Source: Eledone cirrhosa (Eukaryota). Taken from it: DNA of 64,000 nt. Position numbers and translations under genes: made by a program. Below the pieces are notes generated by a model. That model did no database searches. It saw only the letters and a program-made list of their open reading frames with translations, and was not told where the DNA came from. Below are positions 16,201-33,780 of this stretch, piece after piece. The DNA lies in contig OZ024740.1 in the NCBI GenBank assembly GCA_964016885.1, positions 40,238,001-40,302,000 of the forward strand, given 5' to 3'. How positions within the stretch are numbered: the stretch's first letter is position 1; the number at the start of each line of letters is the position of its first letter.

Positions 16201-19200
16201 AGAACACTCACTAATAATACACAGACCATCACCATCACTAGCACAATGACATATACCTAGACAAAGTAGAACATTCTCCAAAAATACACAGACCATCACT
16301 ATCACTAGCACAATGATATATACCTAGACAATGTAGAACATTCTCCCATAATACACAGACCATCACCATCACTAGTACAATGATATATACCTAGACAATG
16401 TAGAACATTCTCCAATAATAAGCAGACCATCACCATCACTAGAACAATGATATATACCTAGACAATGTAGAACATGCTGCAATAATACAGACCATCACCA
16501 TCACTAGTACAATGATATATAGCTAGACAATGTAGAACACTCACCAATAATACACAGACCATCACCATCACTAGCACAATGATATATACCTAGACAATGT
16601 AGAACACTCACCAATAATACACAGACCATCACCATCACTAGTACAATGATATATACCTAGACATGTAGAACATTCTCCAATAATACACAGACCATCACCA
16701 TCACTAGCACAATGATATATACCTAGACAATGTAGAACATTCAACAATAATACACAGACCATCACCATCACTAGCACAATGATATATACCTAGACAATGT
16801 AGAACACTCACCAATAATACACAGACCATCACCATCACTACCACAATGATATATACCTATACAATGTAGAACATTCTCCAAAAATACGCAGACAATCCCC
16901 ATCACTACCACAATGATATATACCTAGACAATGTAGAACATTCACCAATAATACGCAAACCATCACCATCACTAGCACAATGATATATACCTAGACAATG
17001 GAGAACATTCTCCAATAATACACAGACCATCACCATCACTAGCAAAATGATATATACCTAGACAATGTAGAACATTCTCCAATAATACACAGACCATCAC
17101 CATCACTAGCACAATGATATATACCTAGACAATGTAGAACACACACCAATAATACACAGACCATCACCATCACTAGTACAATGATATATACCTAGTCAAT
17201 GTAGAACATTCTCCAATAATACACAGACCATCACCATCACTAGCACAATGATATATACCTAGACAATGTAGAACATTCTCCAATAATACACAGACCATCA
17301 CCATCACTAGCACAATGATATATACCTAGACAATGTAGAACATTCTCCAATAATACACAGACCATCACCATCACTAGCACAATGATATATACCTAGACAA
17401 TGTAGAACACTCACCAATAATACACAGACCATCACCATCACTAGCACAAGGATATATACCTAGACAATGTAGAACATTCTCCAATAATACACAGACCATC
17501 ACCATCACTAGCACAATGATATATACCTAGACAATGTAGAACACTCACCAATAATACACAGACCATCACCATCACTAGTACAATGATATATACCTAGACA
17601 ATGTAGAACATTCTCCAATAATACGCAGACCATCACCATCACTAGTACAATGATATATACCTAGAAAATGTAGAACATTCTCCAATAATACAGAGACCAT
17701 CACCATCACTAGTACAATGATATATACCTAGACAATGTAGAACATTCTCCAATAATACACAGACCATCACCATCACTAGTACAATGATATATACCTAGAC
17801 AATGTAGAACATTCTCCAATAATACACAGACCATCACCATCACTAGTACAATGATATATACCTAGACAATGTAGAACATTCTCCAATAATACACAGACCA
17901 TCACCATCACTAGCACAATGATATATACCTAGACAATGTAGAACACTCACCAATAATACACAGACCATCACCATCACTAGTACAATGATATATACCTAAA
18001 CAATGTAGAACATTCTCCAAAAATACAGACCATCACCATCACTAGCACAATGATATATACCTAGACAATGTAGAACATTCTCCAATAATACACAGACCAT
18101 CACCATCACTAGCACAATGATATATACCTAGACAATGTAGAACATTCTCCAATAATACACAGACCATCACCATCACTAGCACAATGATATATACCTAGAC
18201 AATGTAGTACACTCAACAATAATACACAGACCATCACCATCACTAGCACAATGATATATACCTAGACAATGTAGAACATACTCCAATAATACACAGACCA
18301 TCACCATCACTAGCACAATGATATATACCTAAACAATGTAGAACATTCTCCAAAAATACAGACCATCACCATCACTAGCACAATGATATATACCTAGACA
18401 ATGTAGAACATTCTCCAATAATACACAGACCATCACCATCACTAGCACAATGATATATACCTAGACAATGTAGAACATTCTCCAATAATACACAGACCAT
18501 CACCATCACTAGTACAATGATATATACCTAGACAATGTAGAACATTCAACAATAATACACAGACCATCACCATCACTACCACAATGATATATACCTAGAC
18601 AATGTAGAACATTCTCCAATAATACACAGACCATCACCATCACTAGCACAATGATATATACCTAGATAATGTAGAACACTCAACAATAATACACAGACCA
18701 TCACCATCACTAGCACAATGATATATACCTAGACAATGTAGAACATACTCCAATAATACACAGACCATCACCATCACTAGCACAATGATATATACCTAGA
18801 CAATGTAGAACATTCAACAATAATACACAGACCATCACCATCACTAGCACATTGATATATACCTAGACAATGTAGAACACTCACCAATAATACACAGACC
18901 ATCACCATCACTACCACAATGATATATACCTATACAATGTAGAACATTCTCCAAAAATACACAGACCATCACCATCACTAGCACAATGATATATACCTAT
19001 ACAATGTAGAACATTCTCCAAAAATACGCAGACAATCACCATCACTACCACAATGATATATACCTAGACAATGTAGAACATTCACCAATAATACACAGAC
19101 CATCACCATCACTAGTACAATGATATATACCTAGAAAATGTAGAACATTCTCCAATAATACACAGACCATCACCATCACTAGCACAATGATATATACCTA

Positions 19201-21550
19201 GACAATGTAGAACATTCAACAATAATACACAGACCATCACCATCACTAGCACAATGATATATACCTAGACAATGTAGAACACTCACCAATAATACACAGA
19301 CCATCACCATCACTACCACAATGATATATACCTAGACAATCTAGAAGACTCACCAATAATACACAGACCATCACCATCACTAGCACAATGATATATACCT
19401 AGACAATGTAGAACACTCACTAATAATACACAGACCATCACCATCACTAGCACAATGACATATACCTAGACAAAGTAGAACATTCTCCAAAAATACACAG
19501 ACCATCACTATCACTAGCACAATGATATATACCTAGACAATGTAGAACATTCTCCCATAATACACAGACCATCACCATCACTAGTACAATGATATATACC
19601 TAGACAATGTAGAACATTCTCCAATAATAAGCAGACCATCACCATCACTAGAACAATGATATATACCTAGACAATGTAGAACATGCTGCAATAATACAGA
19701 CCATCACCATCACTAGTACAATGATATATAGCTAGACAATGTAGAACACTCACCAATAATACACAGACCATCACCATCACTAGCACAATGATATATACCT
19801 AGACAATGTAGAACACTCACCAATAATACACAGACCATCACCATCACTAGTACAATGATATATACCTATACAATGTAGAACATTCTCCAAAAATACGCAG
19901 ACAATCCCCATCACTACCACAATGATATATACCTAGACAATGTAGAACATTCACCAATAATACACAAACCATCACCATCACTAGCACAATGATATATACC
20001 TAGACAATGGAGAACATTCTCCAATAATACACAGACCATCACCATCACTAGCAAAATGATATATACCTAGACAATGTAGAACATTCTCCAATAATACACA
20101 GACCATCACCATCACTAGCACAATGATATATACCTAGACAATGTAGAACACACACCAATAATACACAGACCATCACCATCACTAGTACAATGATATATAC
20201 CTAGTCAATGTAGAACATTCTCCAATAATACACAGACCATCACCATCACTAGCACAATGATATATACCTAGACAATGTAGAACATTCTCCAATAATACAC
20301 AGACCATCACCATCACTAGCACAATGATATATACCTAGACAATGTAGAACATTCTCCAATAATACACAGACCATCACCATCACTAGCACAATGATATATA
20401 CCTAGACAATGTAGAACACTCACCAATAATACACAGACCATCACCATCACTAGCACAAGGATATATACCTAGACAATGTAGAACATTCTCCAATAATACA
20501 CAGACCATCACCATCACTAGCACAATGATATATACCTAGACAATGTAGAACACTCACCAATAATACACAGACCATCACCATCACTAGTACAATGATATAT
20601 ACCTAGACAATGTAGAACATTCTCCAATAATACGCAGACCATCACCATCACTAGTACAATGATATATACCTAGAAAATGTAGAACATTCTCCAATAATAC
20701 AGAGACCATCACCATCACTAGTACAATGATATATACCTAGACAATGTAGAACATTCTCCAATAATACACAGACCATCACCATCACTAGTACAATGATATA
20801 TACCTAGACAATGTAGAACATTCTCCAATAATACACAGACCATCACCATCACTAGTACAATGATATATACCTAGACAATGTAGAACATTCTCCAATAATA
20901 CACAGACCATCACCATCACTAGCACAATGATATATACCTAGACAATGTAGAACACTCACCAATAATACACAGACCATCACCATCACTAGTACAATGATAT
21001 ATACCTAAACAATGTAGAACATTCTCCAAAAATACAGACCATCACCATCACTAGCACAATGATATATACCTAGACAATGTAGAACATTCTCCAATAATAC
21101 ACAGACCATCACCATCACTAGCACAATGATATATACCTAGACAATGTAGAACATTCTCCAATAATACACAGACCATCACCATCACTAGCACAATGATATA
21201 TACCTAGACAATGTAGTACACTCAACAATAATACACAGACCATCACCATCACTAGCACAATGATATATACCTAGACAATGTAGAACATACTCCAATAATA
21301 CACAGACCATCACCATCACTAGCACAATGATATATACCTAGACAATGTAGAACATTCAACAATAATACACAGACCATCACCATCACTAGCACATTGATAT
21401 ATACCTAGACAATGTAGAACACTCACCAATAATACACAGACCATCACCATCACTACCACAATGATATATACCTATACAATGTAGAACATTCTCCAAAAAT
21501 ACACAGACCATCACCATCACTAGCACAATGATATATACCTATACAATGTA
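13250..21550. repeat. Higher-order repeat zone 2 (~3.0-3.07 kb units with a different variant set)
   Basis: atgGagaac at 13936, 17001, 20010 (spacings 3065, 3009). Identical 68-aa spurious ORFs at 13506 and 16571 are 3065 bp apart. Private variants aacatGCTGcaat, aataAGcagac and cataCtcc recur. Boundaries approximate. Confidence 0.8.
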
Positions 21551-24500
21551 GAACATTCTCCAATAATACACAGACCATCACCATCACTAGCACAATGATA
21601 TATACCTAGACAATGTAGAACACTCACCAATAATACACAGACCATCACCATCACTACGACAATGATATATACCTATACAATGTAGAACATTCTCCAAAAA
21701 TACGCAGACAATCCCCATCACTACCACATTGATATATACCTAGACAATGTAGAACATTCACCAATAATACACAGACCATCACCATCACTAGCACAATGAT
21801 ATATACCTAGACAATGGAGAACATTCTCCAATAATACACAGACCATCACCATCACTAGCAAAATGATATATACCTAGACAATGTAGAACATTTTCCAATA
21901 ATACACAGACCATCACCATCACTAGCACAATGATATATACCTAGACAATGTAGAACACTCACCAATAATACACAGACCATCACCATCACTAGTACAATGA
22001 TATATACCTAGACAATGTAGAACATTCTCCAATAATACACAGACCATCACCATCACTAGCACAATGATATATACCTAGACAATGTAGAACATTCTCCAAT
22101 AATAAACAGACCATCACCATCACTAGCACAATAATATATACCTAGACAATGTAGAACATTCTCCAATAATACACAGACCATCACCATCACTAGCACAATG
22201 ATATATACCTAGACAATGTAGAACACTCACCAATAATACACAGACCATCACCATCACTAGCACAATGATATATACCTAGACAATGTAGAACATTCTCCAA
22301 TAATACACAGACCATCACCATCACTAGCACAATGATATATACCTAGACAATGTAGAACACTCACCAATAATACACAGACCATCACCATCACTAGTACAAT
22401 GATATATACCTAGACAACGTAGAACATTCTCCAATAATACGCAGACCATCACCATCACTAGTACAATGATATATACCTAGACAATGTAGAACATTCTCCA
22501 ATAATACACAGACCATCACCATCACTAGCACAATGATATATACCTAGACAATGTAGAACACTCAACAATAATACACAGACCATCACCATCACTACCACAA
22601 TGATATATACCTATACAATGTAGAACATTCTCCAAAAATACGCAGACAATCCCCATCACTACCACAATGATATATACCTAGACAATGTAGAACATTCACC
22701 AATAATACACAGACCATCACCATCACTAGCACAATGATATATACCTAGACAATGGAGAACATTCTCCAATAATACACAGACCATCACCATCACTAGCAAA
22801 ATGATATATACCTAGACAATGTAGAACATTCTCCAATAATACACAGACCATCACCATCACTAGCACAATGATATATACCTAGACAATGTAGAACACTCAC
22901 CAATAATACACAGACCATGACCATCACTAGTACAATGATATATACCTAGACAATGTAGAACATTCTCCAATAATACACAGACCATCACCATCACTAGCAC
23001 AATGATATATACCTAGACAATGTAGAACATTCTCCAATAATACACAGACCATCACCATCACTAGCACAATGATATATACCTAGACAATGTAGAACATTCT
23101 CCAATAATACACAGACCATCACCATCACTAGCACAATGATATATACCTAGACAATGTAGAACACTCACCAATAATACACAGACCATCACCATCACAATGA
23201 TATATACCTAGACAATGTAGAATATTCTCCAATAATACACAGACCATCACCATCACTAGCACAATGATATATACCTAGACAATGTAGAACACTCACCAAT
23301 AATACACAGACCATCACCATCACTAGTACAATGATATATACCTAGACAATGTAGAACATTCTCCAATAATACGCAGACCATCACCATCACTAGTACAATG
23401 ATATATACCTAGACAATGTAGAACATTCTCCAATAATACACAGACCATCACCATCACTAGTACAATGATATATACCTAGACAATGTAGAACATTCGCCAA
23501 TAATACACAGACCATCACCATCACTAGTACAATGATATATACCTAGACAATGTAGAACATTCTCCAATAATACACAGACCATCACCATCACTAGTACAAT
23601 GATATATACCTAGACAATGTAGAACATTCTCCAATAATACACAGACCATCACCATCACTAGCACAATGATGTATACCTAGACAATGTAGAACACTCACCA
23701 ATAATACACAGACCATCACCATCACTAGTACAATGATATATACCTAGACAATGTAGAACATTCTCCAATAATACGCAGACCATCACCATCACTAGTACAA
23801 TGATATATACCTAGACAATGTAGAACATTCTCCAATAATACACAGACCATCATCATCACTAGTACAATGATATATACCTAGACAATGTAGAACATTCTCC
23901 AATAATACACAGACCATCACCATCACTAGTACAATGATATATACCTAGACAATGTAGAACATTCTCCAATAATACACAGACCATCACCATCACTAGTACA
24001 ATGATATATACCTAGACAATGTAGAACATTCTTCAATAATACACAGACCATCACCATCACTAGCACAATGATATATACCTAGACAATGTAGAACACTCAC
24101 CAATAATACACAGACCATCACCATCACTAGTACAATGATATATACCTAGACAATGTAGAACATTCTCCAATAATACGCAGACCATCACCATCACTAGTAC
24201 AATGATATATACCTAGACAATGTAGAACACTCAACAATAATACACAGACCATCACCATCACTAGCACAATGATATATACCTAGACAATGTAGAACACTCA
24301 ACAATAATACACAGACCATCACCATCACTAGCACAATGATATATACCTAGACAATGTAGAACATACTCCAATAATACACAGACCATCACCATCACTAGCA
24401 CAATGATATATACCTAGACAATGTAGAACATTCAACAATAATACACAGACCATCACCATCACTACCACAATGATATATACCTAGACAATGTAGAACATTC

Positions 24501-27500
24501 TCCAATAATAGACAGACCATCACCATCAATACCACAATGATATATACGTAGACAATGTAGAACATTCTCCCATAATACACAGACCATCACCATCACTAGA
24601 ACAATGATATATACCTAGACAATGTAGAACATGCTGCAATAATACAGAGCATCACATATCACTAGTACAATGATATATACCTAGACAATGTAGAACATTC
24701 TCTCATAATACACAGACCATCACCATCACTAGTACAATGATATATACCTTGACAATGTAGAACACTCACCAATAATACACAGACCATCACCATCACAATG
24801 ATATATACCTAGACAATGTAGAACATTCAACAATAATACACAGACCATCACCATCACTAGTACAATGATATATACCTAAACAATGTAGCACATTCTCCAA
24901 TAATACACAGACCATCACCATCACTAGCACAATGATATATACCTAGACAATGTAGCACATTCTCCAATAATACACAGACCATCACCATCACTAGTACAAT
25001 GATATATACCTAGACAATGTAGAACATTCAACAATAATACACAGACCATCACCATCACTAGCACAATGATATATACCTAAACAATGTAGAACATTCTCCA
25101 ATAATACACAGACCATCACCATCACTAGCACAATGATATATACTAAGACAATGTAGAACATTCAACAATAATACACAGACCATCACCATCACTACCACAA
25201 TGATATATACCTAAACAATGTAGAACATTCTCCAATAATACACAGACCATCACCATCACTAATACAATGATATATACCTAGACAATGTAGAACATTCAAC
25301 AATAATACACAGACCATCACCATCACTACCACAATGATATATACCTAGACAATGTAGAACATTCTCCAATAATACCAAGACCATCACCATCAATACCACA
25401 ATGATATATACCTAGACAATGTAGAACATTCTCCCATAATACACAGACCATCACCATCACTAGTACAATGATATATACCTAGACAATGTAGAACATTCTC
25501 CAATAGTAACCAGACCATCACCATCACTAGAACAATGATATATACCTAGACAATGTAGAACATTCTCCAATAATACGCAGACCATCACCATCACTAGCAC
25601 AATGATATATACCTAGACAATGTAGAACATTCTCCAATAATACGAAGACCAGCACCATCAGTAGCACAATGATATATACCTAGACAATGTAGAACACTCA
25701 CCAATAATACACAGACCATCACCATCACTAGTACAATGATATATACCTAGACAATGTAGAACATTCTCCAATAATACACAGACCATCACCATCAGTAGCA
25801 CAATGATATATACCTAGACGATGTAGAACATTCAGCAATAATACACAGACCATCACCATCACTAGCACAATGATATATACCTAGACAATGTAGAACATTC
25901 TCCAATAATACGCAGACTATCACCATCACTAGCACAATGATATATACCTAGACAATGTAGAACATTCTCCAATAATACGCAGACCATCACCATCACTAGC
26001 ACAATGATATATACCTAGACAATGTAGAACATTCTCCAATAATACACAGACCATCACCATCACTAGCACAATGATATATACCTAGACAATGTAGAACATT
26101 CTCCAATAATACGCAGACCATCACCATCACTAGCACAATGATATATACCTAGACAATGTAGAACATTCTCCAATAATACGCAGACCATCACCATCATTAG
26201 CACAATGATATATACCAAGACAATGTAGAACATTCACCAATAATACACAGACCATCACCATCACTAGTACAATGATATATACCTAGACAATGTAGAACAT
26301 TCACCAATAATACACAGACCATCACCATCACTAGTACAATGATATATACCTAGACAATGTAGAACATTCTCCAATAATACACAGACCATCACCATCACTA
26401 GCACAATGATATATACCTAGACAATGTAGAACATTCTCCAATAATACACAGACCATCACCATCACTAGCACAATGATATATACCTAGACAATGTAGAACA
26501 TTCTCCAATAATACACAGACCATCGCCATCACTAGCACAATGATATATACCTAGACAATGTAGAACATTCTCCAATAATACACAGACCATCACCATCACT
26601 AGTACAATGATATATACCTAGACAATGTAGAACATTCTCCCATAATACACAGACCATCACCATCACTAGTACAATGATATATACCTAGACAATGTAGAAC
26701 ACTCACCAATAATACACAGACCATCACCATCACAATGATATATACCTAGACAATATAGAACATTCAACAATAATACACAGACCATCACCATCACAATGAT
26801 ATATACCTTGACAATGTAGAACACTCACCAATAATACGCAGACCATCACCATCACAATGATATATACCTTGACAATGTAGAACACTCACCAATAATACAC
26901 AGACCATCACCATCACAATGATATATACCTAGACAACGTAGAACACTCAACAATAATACACAGACCATCACCATCACTAGTACAATGATATATACCTAAA
27001 CAATGTAGAACATTCAACAATAATAGACAGACCATCACCATCACTAGCACAATGATATATACCTAGACAATGTAGAACATTCTCCAATAATACACAGACC
27101 ATCACCATCACTAGCACAAATATATATACCTAGACAATGTAGAAGACTCACCAATAATACACAGACCATCACCATCACTAGCACAATGATATATACCTAG
27201 ACAATGTAGAACACTCACCAATAATACACAGACCATCACCATCACTAGTACAATGATATATACCTAGTCAATGTAGAACATTCTCCAATAATACACAGAC
27301 CATCACCATCACTAGCACAATGATATATACCTAGACAATGTAGAACATTCTCCAATAATACACAGACCATCACCATCACTAGCACAATGATATATACCTA
27401 GACAATGTAGAACATTCTCCAATAATACACAGACCATCACCATCACTAGCACAATGATATATACCTAGACAATGTAGAACACTCACCAATAATACACAGA

Positions 27501-29499
27501 CCATCACCATCACTAGCACAAGGATATATACCTAGACAATGTAGAACATTCTCCAATAATACACAGACCATCACCATCACTAGCACAATGATATATACCT
27601 AGACAATGTAGAACACTCACCAATAATACACAGACCATCACCATCACTAGTACAATGATATATACCTAGACAATGTAGAACATTCTCCAATAATACGCAG
27701 ACCATCACCATCACTAGTACAATGATATATACCTAGAAAATGTAGAACATTCTCCAATAATACAGAGACCATCACCATCACTAGTACAATGATATATACC
27801 TAGACAATGTAGAACATTCTCCAATAATACACAGACCATCACCATCACTAGTACAATGATATATACCTAGACAATGTAGAACATTCTCCAATAATACACA
27901 GACCATCACCATCACTAGTACAATGATATATACCTAGACAATGTAGAACATTCTCCAATAATACACAGACCATCACCATCACTAGCACAATGATATATAC
28001 CTAGACAATGTAGAACACTCACCAATAATACACAGACCATCACCATCACTAGTACAATGATATATACCTAGACAATGTAGAACATTCTCCAATAATACGC
28101 AGACCATCACCATCACTAGTACAATGATATATACCTAGACAACGTAGAACATTCTCAAAAAATACACAGACCATCACCGTCACTAGCACAATGATATATA
28201 CCTAGACAATGTAGAACACTCAACAATAATACACAGACCATCACCATCACTAGTACAATGATATATACCTAAACAATGTAGAACATTCTCCAAAAATACA
28301 GACCATCACCATCACTAGCACAATGATATATACCTAGACAATGTAGAACATTCTCCAATAATACACAGACCATCACCATCACTAGCACAATGATATATAC
28401 CTAGACAATGTAGAACATTCTCCAATAATACACAGACCATCACCATCACTAGTACAATGATATATACCTAGACAATGTAGAACATTCAACAATAATACAC
28501 AGACCATCACCATCACTACCACAATGATATATACCTAGACAATGTAGAACATTCTCCAATAATACACAGACCATCACCATCACTAGCACAATGATATATA
28601 CCTAGACAATGTAGAACACTCAACAATAATACACAGACCATCACCATCACTAGCACAATGATATATACCTAGACAATGTAGAACATACTCCAATAATACA
28701 CAGACCATCACCATCACTAGCACAATGATATATACCTAGACAATGTAGAACATTCAACAATAATACACAGACCATCACCATCACTAGCACATTGATATAT
28801 ACCTAGACAATGTAGAACACTCACCAATAATACACAGACCATCACCATCACTACCACAATGATATATACCTATACAATGTAGCACATTCTCCAAAAATAC
28901 ACAGACCATCACCATCACTAGCACAATGATATATACCTATACAATGTAGAACATTCTCCAATAATACACAGACCATCACCATCACTAGCACAATGATATA
29001 TACCTAGACAATGTAGAACACTCACCAATAATACACAGACCATCACCATCACTACCACAATGATATATACCTATACAATGTAGAACATTCTCCAAAAATA
29101 CGCAGACAATCCCCATCACTACCACAATGATATATACCTAGACAATGTAGAACATTCACCAATAATACACAGACCATCACCATCACTAGCACAATGATAT
29201 ATACCTAGACAATGGAGAACATTCTCCAATAATACACAGACCATCACCATCACTAGCAAAATGATATATACCTAGACAATGTAGAACATTTTCCAATAAT
29301 ACACAGACCATCACCATCACTAGCACAATGATATATACCTAGACAATGTAGAACACTCACCAATAATACACAGACCATCACCATCACTAGTACAATGATA
29401 TATACCTAGACAATGTAGAACATTCTCCAATAATACACAGACCATCACCATCACTAGCACAATGATATATACCTAGACAATGTAGAACATTCTCCAATA

Positions 29500-32400
29500 A
29501 TACACAGACCATCACCATCACTAGCACAATAATATATACCTAGACAATGTAGAACATTCTCCAATAATACACAGACCATCACCATCACTAGCACAATGAT
29601 ATATACCTAGACAATGTAGAACACTCACCAATAATACACAGACCATCACCATCACTAGCACAATGATATATACCTAGACAATGTAGAACATTCTCCAATA
29701 ATACACAGACCATCACCATCACTAGCACAATGATATATACCTAGACAATGTAGAACACTCACCAATAATACACAGACCATCACCATCACGAGTACAATGA
29801 TATATACCTAGACAATGTAGAACATTCTCCAATAATACACAGACCATCACCATCACTAGTACAATGATATATACCTAGACAATGTAGAACATTCTCCAAT
29901 AATACACAGACCATCACCATCACTAGCACAATGATGTATACCTAGACAATGTAGAACACTCACCAATAATACACAGACCATCACCATCACTAGTACAATG
30001 ATATATACCTAGACAATGTAGAACATTCTCCAATAATACGCAGACCATCACCATCACTAGTACAATGATATATACCTAGACAATGTAGAACATTCTCCAA
30101 TAATACACAGACCATCACCATCACTAGAACAATGATATATACCTAGACAATGTAGAACATTCTCCAATAATACACAGACCATCACCATCACTAGTACAAT
30201 GATATATACCTAGACAATGTAGAACATTCTCCAATAATACACAGACCATCACCATCACTAGTACAATGATATATACCTAGACAATGTAGAACATTCTTCA
30301 ATAATACACAGACCATCACCATCACTAGCACAATGATATATACCTAGACAATGTAGAAGACTCACCAATAATACACAGACCATCACCATCACTAGTACAA
30401 TGATATATACCTAGACAATGTAGAACATTCTCCAATAATACGCAGACCATCACCATCACTAGTACAATGATATATACCTAGACAATGTAGAACATTCAAC
30501 AATAATACACAGACCATCACCATCACTACCACAATGATATATACCTAGACAATGTAGAACATTCTCCAATAATAGACAGACCATCACCATCAATACCACA
30601 ATGATATATACGTAGACAACGTAGAACATTCTCCCATAATACACAGACCATCACCATCACTAGAACAATGATATATACCTAGACAATGTAGAACATGCTG
30701 CAATAATACAGACCATCACATATCACTAGTACAATGATATATACCTAGACAATGTAGAACATTCTCTCATAATACACAGACCATCACCATCACTAGTACA
30801 ATGATATATACCTTGACAATGTAGAACACTCACCAATAATACACAGACCATCACCATCACAATGATATATACCTAGACAATGTAGAACATTCAACAATAA
30901 TACACAGACCATCACCATCACTAGTACAATGATATATACCTAAACAATGTAGCACATTCTCCAATAATACACAGACCATCACCATCACTAGCACAATGAT
31001 ATATACCTAGTCAATGTAGCACATTCTCCAATAATACACAGACCATCACCATCACTAGTACAATGATATATACCTAGACAATGTAGAACATTCAACAATA
31101 ATACACAGACCATCACCATCACTAGCACAATGATATATACCTAAACAATGTAGAACATTCTCCAATAATACACAGACCATCACCATCACTAGCACAATGA
31201 TATATACTAAGACAATGTAGAACATTCAACAATAATACACAGACCATCACCATCACTACCACAATGATATATACCTAAACAATGTAGAACATTCTCCAAT
31301 AATACACAGACCATCACCATCACTAATACAATGATATATACCTAGACAATGTAGAACATTCAACAATAATACACAGACCATCACCATCACTACCACAATG
31401 ATATATACCTAGACAATGTAGAACATTCTCCAATAATACCAAGACCATCACCATCAATACCACAATGATATATACCTAGACAATGTAGAACATTCTCCCA
31501 TAATACACAGACCATCACCATCACTAGTACAATGATATATACCTAGACAATGTAGAACATTCTCCAATAGTAACCAGACCATCACCATCACTAGAACAAT
31601 GATATATACCTAGACAATGTAGAACATTCTCCAATAATACACAGACCATCACCATCACTAGCACAATAATATATACCTAGACAATGTAGAACATTCTCCA
31701 ATAATACACAGACCATCACCATCACTAGCACAATGATATATACCTAGACAATGTAGAACACTCACCAATAATACACAGACCATCACCATCACTAGCACAA
31801 TGATATATACCTAGACAATGTAGAACATTCTCCAATAATACACAGACCATCACCATCACTAGCACAATGATATATACCTAGACAATGTAGAACACTCACC
31901 AATAATACACAGACCATCACCATCACTAGTACAATGATATATACCTAGACAATGTAGAACATTCTCCAATAATACACAGACCATCACCATCACTAGTACA
32001 ATGATATATACCTAGACAATGTAGAACATTCTCCAATAATACACAGACCATCACCATCACTAGCACAATGATGTATACCTAGACAATGTAGAACACTCAC
32101 CAATAATACACAGACCATCACCATCACTAGTACAATGATATATACCTAGACAATGTAGAACATTCTCCAATAATACGCAGACCATCACCATCACTAGTAC
32201 AATGATATATACCTAGACAATGTAGAACATTCTCCAATAATACACAGACCATCACCATCACTAGAACAATGATATATACCTAGACAATGTAGAACATTCT
32301 CCAATAATACACAGACCATCACCATCACTAGTACAATGATATATACCTAGACAATGTAGAACATTCTCCAATAATACACAGACCATCACCATCACTAGTA

Positions 32401-33780
32401 CAATGATATATACCTAGACAATGTAGAACATTCTTCAATAATACACAGACCATCACCATCACTAGCACAATGATATATACCTAGACAATGTAGAAGACTC
32501 ACCAATAATACACAGACCATCACCATCACTAGTACAATGATATATACCTAGACAATGTAGAACATTCTCCAATAATACGCAGACCATCACCATCACTAGT
32601 ACAATGATATATACCTAGACAATGTAGAACATTCAACAATAATACACAGACCATCACCATCACTACCACAATGATATATACCTAGACAATGTAGAACATT
32701 CTCCAATAATAGACAGACCATCACCATCAATACCACAATGATATATACGTAGACAACGTAGAACATTCTCCCATAATACACAGACCATCACCATCACTAG
32801 AACAATGATATATACCTAGACAATGTAGAACATGCTGCAATAATACAGACCATCACATATCACTAGTACAATGATATATACCTAGACAATGTAGAACATT
32901 CTCTCATAATACACAGACCATCACCATCACTAGTACAATGATATATACCTTGACAATGTAGAACACTCACCAATAATACACAGACCATCACCATCACAAT
33001 GATATATACCTAGACAATGTAGAACATTCAACAATAATACACAGACCATCACCATCACTAGTACAATGATATATACCTAAACAATGTAGCACATTCTCCA
33101 ATAATACACAGACCATCACCATCACTAGCACAATGATATATACCTAGTCAATGTAGCACATTCTCCAATAATACACAGACCATCACCATCACTAGTACAA
33201 TGATATATACCTAGACAATGTAGAACATTCAACAATAATACACAGACCATCACCATCACTAGCACAATGATATATACCTAAACAATGTAGAACATTCTCC
33301 AATAATACACAGACCATCACCATCACTAGCACAATGATATATACTAAGACAATGTAGAACATTCAACAATAATACACAGACCATCACCATCACTACCACA
33401 ATGATATATACCTAAACAATGTAGAACATTCTCCAATAATACACAGACCATCACCATCACTAATACAATGATATATACCTAGACAATGTAGAACATTCAA
33501 CAATAATACACAGACCATCACCATCACTACCACAATGATATATACCTAGACAATGTAGAACATTCTCCAATAATACCAAGACCATCACCATCAATACCAC
33601 AATGATATATACCTAGACAATGTAGAACATTCTCCCATAATACACAGACCATCACCATCACTAGTACAATGATATATACCTAGACAATGTAGAACATTCT
33701 CCAATAGTAACCAGACCATCACCATCACTAGAACAATGATATATACCTAGACAATGTAGAACATTCTCCAATAATACGCA
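29500..33780. repeat. Near-identical tandem duplication of a 2137-bp (32-monomer) satellite block
   Basis: Identical spurious ORFs at 30459 and 32596 (offset 2137 = 32x67-7). Variants cGtagacaaCg, catcacaTatc, ctagTcaatgtagCac, taCTAAgac and taCCAagacc repeat at the same offset. A related copy lies near 24400-25550. Boundaries approximate. Confidence 0.85.
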
